Shown here in pieces: positions 1 through 13,790 of a stretch of 64,000 nucleotides of DNA (position 1 is the stretch's first letter; each line of letters begins with the position of its first letter). The stretch covers positions 31,372,001 through 31,436,000 of the forward strand of contig NC_043009.1 in the NCBI RefSeq assembly GCF_006345805.1, given 5' to 3'. Origin of the DNA: Octopus sinensis. Lineage: Eukaryota. The position numbers were made by a program, and so were the translations under genes. A model generated the notes under the pieces. It was not told the DNA's origin, did not search any database, and saw nothing but the letters and a program-made list of their open reading frames with translations.

Positions 1-179
1 ATAGTATATATAAATATATATAAATATATATAAATAAATATAGTATATATAAATATATATAAATAAATATAAATAAATATAGTATATATAAATATATATA
101 AATAAATATATATAAATAGATATAGTGTATATAAAATGCATTTTTTTTCTGTTTGTTTCAATGTCAAGTTTTTGTATTT

Positions 180-345
180 ACCATTGATTTGAAAAAAAAA
201 ACTAAATCGCCAAATGTGCCGTAGAGCTAAGATATACCAGAGAAGCACCAGGGGAAACTAAAGCAATTCGATGTTTGTTTAGTTTTAGTAGAAGTTAAGA
301 ATTAAATAGAAAATTTCATAAAAAGAGGAAAATAAACATGGCGCA
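180..345. promoter_or_regulatory. Possible promoter / first-exon region
   Basis: Locally CpG-containing; YY1-like AAACATGGCG at ~334-343; minus-strand ATG|gtaaat (ATG at 182-184) resembles a first exon ending in the start codon. Confidence 0.25.
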
Positions 346-849
346 TTATTTTTCTAAATTAAATTGGAATATTTTCTACAGGGTTTTCATAGCTGCTTGT
401 CTTTTCAGATAGTTTTGAAAAATTTTCAAAATGTATTTTGTTCCTATTAATCATGTTGAGAATAAATCAAAACAGAAGAGAGTGTCAGCAGAAATATCAT
501 TTGCAAATACAACAACAACAACAATAATAATAACAACAACAACAATAGCAACAACATCAACAACAACAAATATAATATAAAAAATTTAAAGCAATGTTAT
601 ATTTTCATTTGGGGAATAAAACGTTTTTCTAACCATCAGGTGAAATGAAAATAAAAATGAAAAACAATATATAATTTCAAAGTTTAGAATGAGAGAATAT
701 TCTAAGAAAAACATGATATACCAAAGTCAATTTAGAGAGTACTGAACATGAAATATAGCGTAGTCATTGTAGAATATGGTAACCCTGATATATCATAGAC
801 ATTTTAGAGAGAATGGCTAATGTGATACATACATATGCATCCATATGTC

Positions 850-1085
850 ATCACCATTATCATCAATTTTAATATTCATCTTTCCACGTTTGCATGGGTC
901 AGACGAAATTCGCCGAGGCAGATTTTCTACGACTGGATGCTCTTCTTGTTATCAACTGTCACATATTTCCAAGTAATATAATATTTCCCCATGGCCAGAC
1001 ATTTTTACAAACAAGTTTGGAAACGAAGCATCATACTGCTTTTATGAAGATGTCTTTCACTTACAATTATCCTGCAATGACAAGA
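850..1085 (-). mobile_element. RTE-related 3'-end fragment
   Basis: CATCACCATTATCATC tail plus TTTCCACGTTTGCATGGGTCAGACG..CTGGATGCTCTTC motif shared with the RTE tails. Confidence 0.6.
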
Positions 1086-1174
1086 CAAGGAGGCATAAAC
1101 ACTCCCACACACCTATATATACCTTGCCCATACACATTCATGTGTGTGAGTGTGTGTCTGTGTGTGTGTGTATG

Positions 1175-1206
<32 letters not shown>

Positions 1207-1236
1207 TATATATATATATATATGTATATATATATA

Positions 1237-1395
1237 GGGAGTTTACAAAAAAAACAAAAGACGAAGACGGGTGGTGTACAAAACAAACAGATGTATTAGT
1301 ATAATGCTCAGGAATAGAAAAAGTCTTTTACGTTTCGAGCCTATACTCTTCTACAGAAAGGTACACAGAAAAAACAAGGAGCAAAAAAAATGTAT
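1237..1395 (-). mobile_element. PLE pseudo-LTR-like remnant with a hammerhead-like motif (copy 1)
   Basis: Minus strand CTTT-CTGTAGA-A-GAG(tatagg)CTC-GAA-ACGT-A-AAAG. A second copy lies at 22570-22760. Both are embedded in (TA)n. Confidence 0.55.
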
Positions 1396-1745
1396 ATATA
1401 TATATAAGTAAGATTCAGTTGAATTAGGTTATTGAGGCACCTCGTTAGGTCGGAATAACATAATAACAACTATATTATGTAAATACCAAATTTGGTACCT
1501 AACTATCGGCTGACTGATATTCTTGCAGTGTATGAAGACAATTAGACCCAGCTGAATGAAGAAATCCACTCATGTGCTATTCAGACATGTACATTATATT
1601 AAATATACTGCTCATAATATTTATGATGGGCAGATTCCAAGACAGGTGAATAAGATATAAATGAGGAACAGTAGAGGAACAGGTATCAATCCATTACAGC
1701 CCGGATTCTAATGACTCCTTTAATTGATTAATGAAAACATTACAT

Positions 1746-1822
1746 CATTGACAGTGATTCTGCTATTTCAGTTGATAGACTGCATTTTGTCAACTGAAAT
1801 AGTAGCAGAATCATTGTAAATG
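1746..1822 (+). ncRNA. Pre-miRNA-sized hairpin candidate
   Basis: 32-bp stem (2 G:U, 1 mismatch, 3-nt bulge) with a 10-nt loop, in non-repetitive sequence. Confidence 0.35.
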
Positions 1823-2341
1823 TTTTTGATTCGTGGATTTTAAACTATTTTAAATCATTTTCAATGTCCTTCATTTTGAAGTTTGTGAATTCATCTAATG
1901 GAAACGGTTTCATTATAATGATGTAATGTTTTCATTGATCAATTAATTGTGTTGTCAGAAACGGCTGTATTGGATTGACACCTGTACCTCTCCTGTTACT
2001 CACACACACACAAATGATATATGTATACATACATATATATAAATGATGATTTACATATTTATTCTTTATATGGCCCAGCAGTTTCAAACAGAAAATATAC
2101 TAGTCACTGTTGTGTATGTCACATAAGAACAACTCCTTCCTCTTATGACAGTGCATTTATAACACACACCCATCTCATTGGTAGAAGGTATTCTGGGACA
2201 TTGAAGTTTTTAATCCAGTTTTATGATGATGAGCCCACATCCTAATACCTGAAATATGTGCCTTCTTACAGGCATACACACACATAGATATATACATACA
2301 CACAAATAAACAATGCAGGCTCTCACTTCGTGTTTCCTTAC

Positions 2342-2428
2342 CACATTCCACTCTCAAAACATTGCCCGACTTAATTATGAATGAGCTTCTGACATAAGCC
2401 TTTAAATATTTGCCCATTTTAGACTTTC
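2342..2428 (-). CDS. Candidate exon (87 nt, phase 1 to 1): (G)KSKMGKYLKAYVRSSFIIKSGNVLRVEC(G)
   Basis: Pyrimidine tract then gatag|, donor GTG|gtaagg; one open frame. Confidence 0.3.
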
Positions 2429-4088
2429 CTATCAGTGCAACCCATTGTAATAGAGGGGGAAGAAAAAAAGCAATGTGAACTGCTTAATAAAGAACTAAAA
2501 TGGATATAGCAAAGCCAGACATATAATCATTTTATGGCAAGTTTATTTTTTTTAATGAAGTAATAAATCTTAAATCTTAGAACATAATTATTCTTTGTAG
2601 AGATGATAAAGCTTTATATTTTAGATAAATTTAAATGAAATTTCACAGATTGTTTAATGAAAGGAAAATTGAAAATTTAGATTCTTGCAAGAGTATTCTA
2701 ACACAAAAAAACGAGATTTTCGGTATGATTGATTAGTTTTTCCTATGTTCAATTATGTATATTGTTCCCTTAGGAATATATTCTGTGTTAAAAAGGTGAT
2801 ATTGTCTGCAGAAAGAGATTAGATATATTTTTAATGATCATTGAAAATAAAGAATTTTGAGAAAATAATTTAATTTGTCTCTGAATTCATTATCTAAATT
2901 GTTCTCATAGTTTAAAAATGAAATTGCTGTAGTTTCTAACATGTAATTAAAACTGTTTATTTTGTTTGTTTGTGTCTTTCTTTCTTTCTTTCTCTTCCAA
3001 ATTTTCTTATTTTTCCCATGTCGTCTATAATGTTCAAAGTTTGTAAAACTCAATACCATTATCTTGATCAGTATATTTATGAAAGTTTAGTTGATATTTA
3101 ACACTTAATTGTGAAGCTATATCTTAGGTATCTCGGAATAAGTGTATGCCAGCAGAAATTGCACTTCAGTCAGCAAAAATAATATTGATGACATAATGAC
3201 ATAACCATTCTGACTAAATTGTATATTCTGCTTGAAGCTGAACACTTCATCATGACACTTATCACTATTTTGGGGTAAAAAAAAAAAATAGATGTAAGAA
3301 ACATACGTCTGATGCCTGTTCCAATTGAAAATTAAATGCATGTTTGAGTTTTAATTTTGTATTTTTTATACTGCAACAGAACGATTTCTTTAATGTTGCT
3401 TACATCAGATAATCTTGCTTAGAATTCCTTCAGCTTCAAGAGATTTCCAAAATACCATTCTCTGTACAATGTCAAATATAGCTTTAAAGTCTATAAAAAC
3501 TGCAATTAATCTTCACTTTAATAGAATGCATCATCCTTCTACAAGTTGTGTCAATGTGTATGTACTTGATCACAGCATCCATGACTCAGACAAGCATCTG
3601 TCTGCTTTAACACAGATTATATGATTAAATCTTGGGTGCGAATATATTTACGAAATCTCCAAAAAACACTTGCAGACTATTGAAAATAATGGGAATTCAA
3701 GTAACAAGAGACATGGGTGCTTAAGAAGTTTGCTCCCCGGCTACATGGCTTCAGGTTTAGTTCTGCTGTACAATGCTTCAGACAAGTGATCCCTATTATA
3801 GCCCTAGGCCAACCAAAGCCATGCGAGTGAATTTGATTGGCAGAAACTGAAAGAAGCTAATCATTTATAGATAGATAAATAGTTAGATATATATATATAC
3901 ATATATATATGTATATATATATATATAGATAGATAGATATTAAGAACAATCTTACTTAGAAGGGGATGCGTGCATTCTGTCATATAATAAATTAATAAAT
4001 AAATAAAATATATGCATATATACATATATATATGTACGTACCTACCTCTACATGTATATATACATGCATATATGTGTACAGGACACCT

Positions 4089-4144
<56 letters not shown>

Positions 4145-6520
4145 CATGCATACATACATGCATAAATACTTACATACATACACATGTATGGATAGATAGA
4201 TAGATAAATAGAGAGATAAATAGATAGATACATACATATATGTATACATATATATGTGTGTGTATATATTGATATATGTATGTATAAAGTGAAGCACACC
4301 ACAATCATTGGCTAAACAGAATGACTGCTAACAGTTAATTAATTAATTAATTAATTAATCCATTATCATAGTATGGGATGGGAATGCATTGGTAAAGGGA
4401 AGTTGTTACATAATCCATAACTCTAGCAGTTTCCAAAAGTATCCTACAATGAATAAAATCTTCAGTATGCCATAAAACCATTATAAAACCAAGCAGATGG
4501 GTTGTCTGGTATTGCTACAAATGTTTCGTTAAGAGTCTTTATTGTGATGTAAACATGGTACAGTCATGCATGCAGTATGCATAACATGCATAATATAATG
4601 TAATGTGTTATGCAACTCTCAGCTCATCAGGCTTCGAAACAAACAAGTGAGCAGTGATGTCTTGATTAATTAAACAGGTTCTTAACAAGTGAAATTTCTC
4701 TGATCAGTATTATTCACTTATATAAGAAATGTAAAGTAGATAGATCTACAAATTCTCAATCATTTGGGTAGATAGCAAAATTTGATTGTAAATTAAAGAA
4801 CAGTTAAATGTATTTCTATTCTAAAGATGTTATCAAGTTTAGTAATCTTGTTCATAAAGGCTGGTTGTAACAAAACATGTTTGTATACTTTTCTACTCCA
4901 GACACAAGGCCAGAAATTTTGGGGGAGGGAGCCAGTCGATTAGATCGATGCCAGTACATGACTGGTACTTAATTTATCCACCCCAAAAGGATGAAAGGCA
5001 AAGTCGACCTCAGTGGAATTTGAACTCAGAATGTAAAGACAGATGAAAAACTGGTAAGCATTTCACCTGTCATGCTAACATTTCTGCCAGCTCACTGCCT
5101 TAACATGCTTGTATACTGGTAGATAGCTGGTGCCAAGAATGACATTGGACTCTATCAAAATACGCCCAAAGGTAGCTGCTGATGTTGTACTAAAAGGACC
5201 ATTGAACTCGGTCCTTTTGTTTTATAAAGAAGTGCATTAAAGTGTGGCATGGTTGATAAATTTCAGCATTATTTATTCATTTACTGATTTAATCTTAATT
5301 ACATTTAATTATTGCAGAACTAATGTATATTAGCTTTAATTAATGGAGATCCTGCTAATTATAATTCTTTCAGAATAATTAAAGAAAATGCAGATTAGCA
5401 AAGGTCCCATTAAAATTTCAGAGAAGATACAAGAAGGAGAGGAAGAAGTGCAATCATAACCTGTAAATACAGACACAGGAACAGAACAGAATTGATCAAA
5501 GAGAGAAAATATATTTAGTATAAACAAATAAATGTGTATGATAGGCTAATGAAAGCAGTTTAGGCATTAATCATTGGCAAAATAAATTTATAAATTTATG
5601 TCAGTTAAATATCAAAATTTATAGAGTTCTGTTATTTAGCTGCAAAGAAGTTAAAAACTGAAAGGCCAGAATTAAAGCAGAAGGAAAGCCAGGACCAATA
5701 TTCCCAGTAAAGAAAACTAAAATCCATGAAACTTAACAGTTCGGTTAACCAGAAGTGTCGCAATATTATTAAGAATGAAGAAAATTAAGTAAAATCAAAT
5801 AAATTCAGTAGATAGTTGAATAGTTATTATAATAATTTCAAATTGTTGAGGAAAATAAGAAAATGCTAAAAGAGTTTATAAGAATTATAAAGAATAGTAA
5901 AGGCTATAAATGCTTCTATATATCAAAAGAACTTACAGGATTATAACAGATTATAAACAGTTCTAAACTCTGTAACTAGTTCAGAGAAAGCCAATATAAA
6001 AATAACAACACCTAAGGCTTGATGCAAATTGAATAAGGTTATAAAATTGAATTATATGAACTTAGAGTCATTAGTACCTACCGTTAGAACTAAGAGCAAG
6101 GAAAAGTAGCTTAAATACGATCATTTATGTGCATAATAGTGTTAAAATACACTGGGCTGCCTAAATACAAGGCATGAAAGTTATTGCTAGTAATTTATCT
6201 GTATATCGTAAGGTTATAGATATATATATGAAGCAGCCAGGTAAGACTTTATAGAATTGCTTTAAATAATAAGAAAGTTCTCTGCATAGAATGCAGACAT
6301 TTGATCCTTAATTCATTTGATCTGTTAATAACTTGACATGTGTATTTTAAATTTCTTGCTGAGATTACAACCATATCTGTCATTAACAAACAGCTTAGCA
6401 TGTTTATTGATGCTCCATATTAAATGAAAATCAACATTTTTGGTCTTCAACTCCCAAGAACATCATGGAGAGGCATGTTTTTGCTTTATTTCTCTTTCTA
6501 AATGTATGAAGATAACCATA

Positions 6521-6553
<33 letters not shown>

Positions 6554-9502
6554 TGCAGGCTTGGTTCAAGAGTTTTAGAAGTTCGCTGTGGAACCACGTG
6601 GATCAAAGTTTGTTTCTGCTGTGTGGAACTGTAGACAGGTGTCTTCTACCATGGTATCAAACTAATCAATGTCTTGTGAGCAAAGTGGTTGACAAAAATA
6701 GAATATTTTTAAAACACTTTGGTGGCTATATTTCAAATTAAATCTTTTTTATGTGTGTTTCAATTAGTTTAGAAAATAATCTAGAATGTATAACAATTCC
6801 AGTAAAATTCGGTTTTCCATATCAAATTCCTAATTTGGAATGACACAAAACAAAAGATACAGACTCAACAATATATTGGAATGAATAAATTTAAAACACT
6901 CAAAATTTAAATTAACTTTAAAACACTTTAAAACCGAAACTTGCTTTTATTGTTTAATTTAAACACTTCATAATTTTAAAAGAAGCAGTTTTGTTTCAGA
7001 GAATCAGGGGTGAATGGTATCGAAATGGTTAATACTGATGACAGAGCAAAGTAGCATCTCAAAGACAGAAGGAAAACCATCAAACATCAGATAATATAAT
7101 CTGTTATCGCTAAAGAAGATTTGCTGAAATAAGTATCACTAATCTGTTTATGTGAAACAATAATTTAACAAGATTGAAGTGGTATCTGCTGTGGTAGGAA
7201 AGTTAATGGTATAAAAGTAGCAAACAGGGCCTGAGGTGATGCTTAAACATATGAAATAAGACTTCTACACAATATCCACGGCATCAGTTTTCTATAATTA
7301 AATATAATCTGTGTCTTGTGAGACTTAATGATTCACAAAAATATCTTTTATAGGAAAAGATGCACAGTAATTCATGCACTAAGTTATACATATTTTATTA
7401 ACATTGAAGGTGACAAGAGGCAAGCTTGAAAGAAGTTCAATTTGAACTCAAGATGTCAAAACACTAAACTAAATATTTGGCCAATGAAAGAGCCTGTATA
7501 TGGTCATTTGACATGCTAGAAATAGCACCCAAATTCCTTAAACTCACATGCTACTGTTTCTAAAATAAAAGAGTGAGACTTTGGACAATGTTGTCCTAGA
7601 TATGTAGCAAAAGATATGATGGTCATGGTTGAAATATCTTTGGTCGTTGGTCATAGTTTCTTGCTGTCTGTGCTACGGATCCAAATCTCACTAATGCTTA
7701 CTTTACATTTTATTCATTCAGGGTTGATAAAACATGTTTACTCAGTATGTGTGTGTGTGTGAGGTTTGATGGATAGAATTTGCAGAACAATGGATAGGAT
7801 ACCTTGTTGTATTCTGACTTTTTGCCTACTGAGTTACTGAGCTTTTGACATTAAATGGGCCCAGTTGAAATCTACAATCTTGTTCTTGAATCAGTAACAT
7901 CTTAAGTTAGGGGCACAAAGAGTTGTTGCACAGAAGCCTCTTAGATCTAGAGGCCAATGCTAATTTCCACACACTATGATTGGTTGTCAATAAGTATATA
8001 CTATAGGTCTCAGTAGATTCCTATTGCTTTTCTTTGTGGACTTTAACAGGGTTAAGATGGCCCTGACTTGGGTGTCCTCAATGGGGTCTACTCTCTTGCA
8101 AGCGACTCAACCAGGTATTCACGTTGCCTGTTGTTCCCTCTCTTCCTTTCATCAGAACTGGTCAAGGAACTAAACATCAACAACCAAATATTTTGAAATA
8201 CCCTGTGGCACATTTTCATGTTTCTGCCATTTCTACATTATTATTTTTTTGCCTACATTATATTGGTTTACTAAATATAATCATCAAATATTTAAATAAT
8301 AATTAAACACATATATTGATTAAGCATATGTTGATGGTTAGAACCAAATTTCAGAATGAAGACCGAAACGAAGGTAGCAAAACATGGTTTTCCTTCCTTT
8401 TTTATGTTTAATTATACAAAAACGGTAAACATATAACTGTGCTATACTGGAACCGAAAATACATGCTAGAGATTTATTAAGTCTTATATTAATCTTTCAC
8501 TGAATTTTCAGTTGTTTCGTTCACGTTTCTAATAAAAACTTGCGAAAATCTGACAACATGAAATTATAGCAATAACATCTAAATAAGTCGAGTGGAGATG
8601 TGGTTCTATGTTGTTTATTTAAACAGCAAATGGAAAACAATCAGAACAAAATTGAAAGAAAATTTTATTAATCAAAATAGAAATAGAAAAAGCATAACAT
8701 GAAGGAAAGATAACCACTATGTTTTAAAAGTAAAAACAAAAATAACATGGAATTCAGATTAAACTATCTGATAGCTATTTATTTTAGAATTGAAACTTAA
8801 AACCATATTTTTTTAATTTTTGTTTATTTATTTTTTTAGTTAGTAGCTTGAACAATTAATCCTCTTTAAGAAACAATGGTAGCGCTAATCTGGCAGCGAA
8901 GTTAAATCAAATTTTAGATTGGATGTAAAATAAAAAAACAAAAAGGTTTTTTTTTCCTTCTCTTCAATATTCTCTCTTGTATTTTTATTTTGGTTTTGTT
9001 CACAATATTTTAAAGATTGATTAATTCTTGTACAGAATTAACTCATGAATATATTTCCACATAACCACACACACACACACATACATACACATACACATCT
9101 CACACACACACATCAAGTCACAAACATATATATATATATATATACACATAGACAGACATGCACATATACACTTTTATATTTAGTCGTATGTATGAAGACG
9201 AGAATACAGAGCTGCGTAAATACAGGTATACGTACATATATGCATGTGGTATGTATGTATACATAATTACAGTGTGTGTGTATGTGTGTATATATATATA
9301 TATATGCATACATATCATCATCATCAGTTTTAATATCTGTTCCCCAGATATACATACATACATATATATATATATATGTTTGTGTGTGTAGGAACAGAGA
9401 GAGAGAGAGAGAAGAAGTGTGAGAGATTGTGATATATGATATATATGTATATGTAGATGTATGTACATGTTAATATATAAAAACAAATATGCATACACAT
9501 AT

Positions 9503-9545
<43 letters not shown>

Positions 9546-10529
9546 CATACATGCATACATATACACATACATACGTACATACATACACACATACATAATA
9601 CACACATACATACATACTCACACATACATATATATACACACATACATACATACATACACACATACATATATACTCACACACATACATATATACATACACA
9701 CACATACATACATATACACACACACATACATACACACATATACATACATACATACTCATACATATACACACATACATACAATTAGTAGACATCACAGTGC
9801 AGGAAGTACAGCAAATTTAAAATTTGTTTTGCAATGCTAGTTGTAAGCAATTCAGTTTTAGTGACGAGGTAAATGCTTTTGGAAATCTCTTTGCCATCTC
9901 AACAGCTGAAGTTCCACTGTGATCTCTAATCTAACACATTATACATTTCAGATGATGCAATATAAACTATTGAGTGCAGTGTTGTTAAGAAGTTCACTTC
10001 CTAAATACATGTACTCAGGTTCAATTCCACTGTAGTGCACCTTAGGCAAGTTCTTCTACTATAGACTTCTACTATAGACAAGTTGTTCTACTAAGACAAG
10101 GTAGAAAATTCCAAAAATAATTTTATCATGAAATACATTTTGTACCAGTTTCAGCCTTTTCAACTTTTGTAAATATTTCCATAGTCTTCAAATAGCTAGG
10201 ACATTTTCCTTTTTTCTGTCTTAAACCATCAAACTTCAGAACCAACATTTCTCTGCACCTGTAGACACTATTTCTTCAGATCTGTTGCTACCTACTGAGC
10301 CTTCACAAAGGAAAAGAGAGAGAGACACAGAAAAAAGGAAAATGTCCTACCTATGGAAATATTTACAAAAGATTTCATTTAATTTTTTTCTTCAATTTAA
10401 TTGTTATTTCTTGTTTTCTCTCAATTGAAAAAGTCAAAAAGACTGAAACTAGTACATAATGATAAAATTATTTTAGCATTGTCTTATTTTCCTTACACAC
10501 ACACACACAAAAAAAAACCCACACATACT

Positions 10530-10584
<55 letters not shown>

Positions 10585-10989
10585 GTGTGTGTTGAGTTAG
10601 AAAACAGAGAGATCTAATGGATACATATTAATTCATTAATTAATCAACATATTCACCAACAATTGCTTCCTTTCACAAATAAGATTAAAATTACAAAACA
10701 CATATAAATATATAATTTTGCATTTTAAATACCTTATAAAGGATATCATCAGGATGTTCAGAGGAGAATAAGGATTAAATTAGGATACATCTCTCTGTTT
10801 TCTAACTCAATAAAAATCTTTGATATCTTATGATATTCTGTATAATATATTCATTGAAGAATTATCTTTTCAAAATTTAATATATTAAACTAGTGTATCT
10901 TGGATAAATATCCCTATATAGAGGTTTGAATTTCCTCATTGTTACTCTCTATCTATCTATCTATCTATCTATCTCTATCTATCTATCTC

Positions 10990-11046
<57 letters not shown>

Positions 11047-11075
11047 CTATATACATATATATATATATATATATA

Positions 11076-11295
11076 TCGTGGCCGTTGCCAATACCACCTG
11101 ACTGGCCCCTGTGCCGGTGGCATGTAAAAGCACCCACTACACTCTCGGAGTGGCTGGCATTAGGAAGGGCATCCAGCTGTAGAAACTCTGCCAGATCAAG
11201 ATTGGAGCCTGGTGCAGCCATCTGGCTGGCCAGTCCTCAGACAAATCGTCCAACCCATGCTAGCATGGAAAGTGGACGTTAAACGATGATGATGA

Positions 11296-11300
<5 letters not shown>
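11076..11300 (+). mobile_element. RTE 3'-end fragment
   Basis: Homologous to the 3' UTR at 40200-40390; (GAT)n tail; (TA)n on both sides. Confidence 0.85.
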
Positions 11301-11331
<31 letters not shown>

Positions 11332-11333
<2 letters not shown>

Positions 11334-11640
11334 CACATGGCTTAGTGGTTAGGGCATTTGGCTCACGATCATAAGATTGTGAGTTCAATTCCCAGTGACG
11401 CATTGTGTCCTTGAGCAAGACACTTTTATTTTCCCATTGCTCCAGTCCACTCAGCTGGCAAAAATGAGTAGTGTGTGTATTTCAAAGGGCCAGCCTTGTA
11501 ACACTGAGTCTGCCTAACAACTATGTTAAGGGTACACATGTCTGTGGGTTTCTCAGCCACTTGCATGTTAATTTCACAAGCAAGCTGTTCCATTGTCATA
11601 TCAGCTGGGACCCTCATTGTTGTAATTGATGGAGTGCTCC
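11332..11640 (+). mobile_element. tRNA-derived SINE family B
   Basis: CpG-decayed homolog of 46927-47245; related copies at ~45534-45790 and ~62590-62880. Confidence 0.85.
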
Positions 11641-12399
11641 TTATATATGTGTGTGTGTGTGTGTTTGTGTTGTCTTGGGTTGATATCATGTGACAGTGTG
11701 AAGAAACTTATCCATCCTCTTTCTTTTCTGTCTTCCATCAAAATATTCTCACAACTTAGCAGTTCAACAAAAATGATCGATAGAATAAGTATCAGGCTTA
11801 CAAAAAAAGATAAATACTAGGCTGATTCCTTCGACTAAAATTCTGCAAAGTGGTGCCCCAGCATGGTTGCAGTCTAATAAATAAAACCGATAAATGATAA
11901 AAGATAGGTTATTCTAGAAACTACGCTTTTTTCACTGATTATATATATATCACGGATCAGAGACATTCCAAACATGCCCATCCAATTCTTTAGAGACACA
12001 TTGTATCTAGGAACAGATTAGGTGAAGTATGTTTTAAAAAAACAATATTGTGTGATTGAAGGAAGAATTGGTTTCTATATCTAGCAGGAAAAAATGACCA
12101 TATACAGGGTCCTTTGCAAATCACAGATGTTAGGGGAATTTTGCTGATTTCAAGGGACCAAGTAGAAGCTGCCTCTTCTGGTCCTTATATGAATGTGATC
12201 GTAATAATGAAGATATTGGTGGTGCTAGTGGTAGTGCTAAAGGTGATGGTGTTGGTGGCGTTAGTGTTCTCATTGGTGATGATGGTGATGATGATGGTGA
12301 TGGTGAACAGGAGAGAAAATCTGAGCAGCTCTCAACATCAACAGCAATATCAAGTGTAGTGTGGAAGGCAAATTTTCGAAAGGCCGATTATTCAAATAC

Positions 12400-12400
12400 C

Positions 12401-12435
<35 letters not shown>

Positions 12436-12805
12436 CAGTAGAAGTAGTAGTAGTAGTAGCAGTAGTAGTAGTAGTAGTAGCAGTAGTAGTAGTAATAGGA
12501 GTAATAGTAGTAATAGCAGCTGTAGTAGTAGCAATAGGAGTAATAGTAGTAATAGCAGCTGTAGTAGTAGTAGCAATAACAGTAGTAATAGCAGCAGTAG
12601 TAGCAGTAGTAGTAGAATCAGCAGCAGTAGTAGTAGTAGTAGTAGCAGCAGCAGCAGTAGTAGTAGCAGCAGCAGTGGTAGAAGTAGCAGCAGTGGTAGA
12701 AGTAGCAGCAGTGGTAGCAGTAGCAGTAGTAGCAGTAGCAGTAGCAATGGTAGTAGTAGAAGTAGTAGTAGTAGTGGTAGTAGTAGTAGTAGTAGTAGTA
12801 GTACA
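12400..12805. repeat. (AGT/AGC)n cryptic trinucleotide tract
   Basis: Direct inspection; source of the poly-S/L/T ORFs. Confidence 0.95.
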
Positions 12806-13304
12806 ACTCACGACTCCAGCCAGAAACACTTTGCAAGCAGATTTCTGTTTTTTAAGCAACAGTGTATTTCGGATGTTCGGATGTTCAGCAAAGAATTACA
12901 AACACAGAAGTTTCTCCATGATTATGGGAAATGAAATTCACAACATCTTTCCAATTAGTTCTAGAAATGAATTTTAAAGGAATCATTTCAAAAGCCATTC
13001 ATTTGGCAGAATGATGGCACGGTTCCGGAGAGCTTCTGATATTGTATTTGTCAGTAAATGCATTTGCACCAATTTACGGGCAATATTGTTAATCTCTGTG
13101 AAGACGAATGAAGATATTAATAAGATTTTAAATTCTCTGAATAATGTACAATTCTGTGAAAATGGTAAACTGAATGGAACGTATGATAATAAGTCACTTA
13201 ACCATCATTAATTATATGATATCTGCTACCTTTAGAAATGTTTGTAATCCGTGAATTGATAAACATATGTATAAAGGCTTGCGTGAATTTCCAAGGATAT
13301 ATAT

Positions 13305-13456
13305 ATAAATAAATATATATATATATGTGTGTGTGCGTGTGTATATATATATATATAAATATATATATATATACATTTATATATATATATAATATATATA
13401 AAATATATTATATATTATACATATATATACATACATATATAAATATATATATATTG

Positions 13457-13495
<39 letters not shown>

Positions 13496-13790
13496 TATAT
13501 ACATACATATATAATATATATATATTGATATAATATATGTGTGTGTCTTATATGTATATATGTGTATATATATATATATATTTACACACACATATATATG
13601 TACATACATACATATATAAATATATATATATATTGATATATATATGTGTCTATATATGTATATATGTGTATATATATATATATATTTACACACACATATA
13701 TATGTACATACATACATATATAAATATATATATATAAATATATGTATATATATATACATATACATATATATATATACATATATATATATA
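13305..13790. repeat. Long imperfect (TA)n tract, the PLE insertion target
   Basis: Direct inspection; contains an internal ~100-bp duplication. Confidence 0.95.

Noticed and set aside
9045-9795. Long ORFs such as 9118..9795 (225 aa) rich in Y/I/C/V/M/H/T
   Set aside because: Translations of (TA)n, (CA)n and (TACA)n microsatellites; the same applies to the ORFs at 3.9-4.3, 13.3-13.8, 33.6-33.8, 34.5-35.6, 54.1-54.4 and 56.4-56.8 kb.
12114-12977. Poly-Ser/Leu/Thr ORFs resembling mucin or signal-peptide proteins
   Set aside because: Stop-free trinucleotide repeat open in several frames on both strands; the same applies to 24.7-25.2, 38.4-39.0 and 61.5-62.3 kb.
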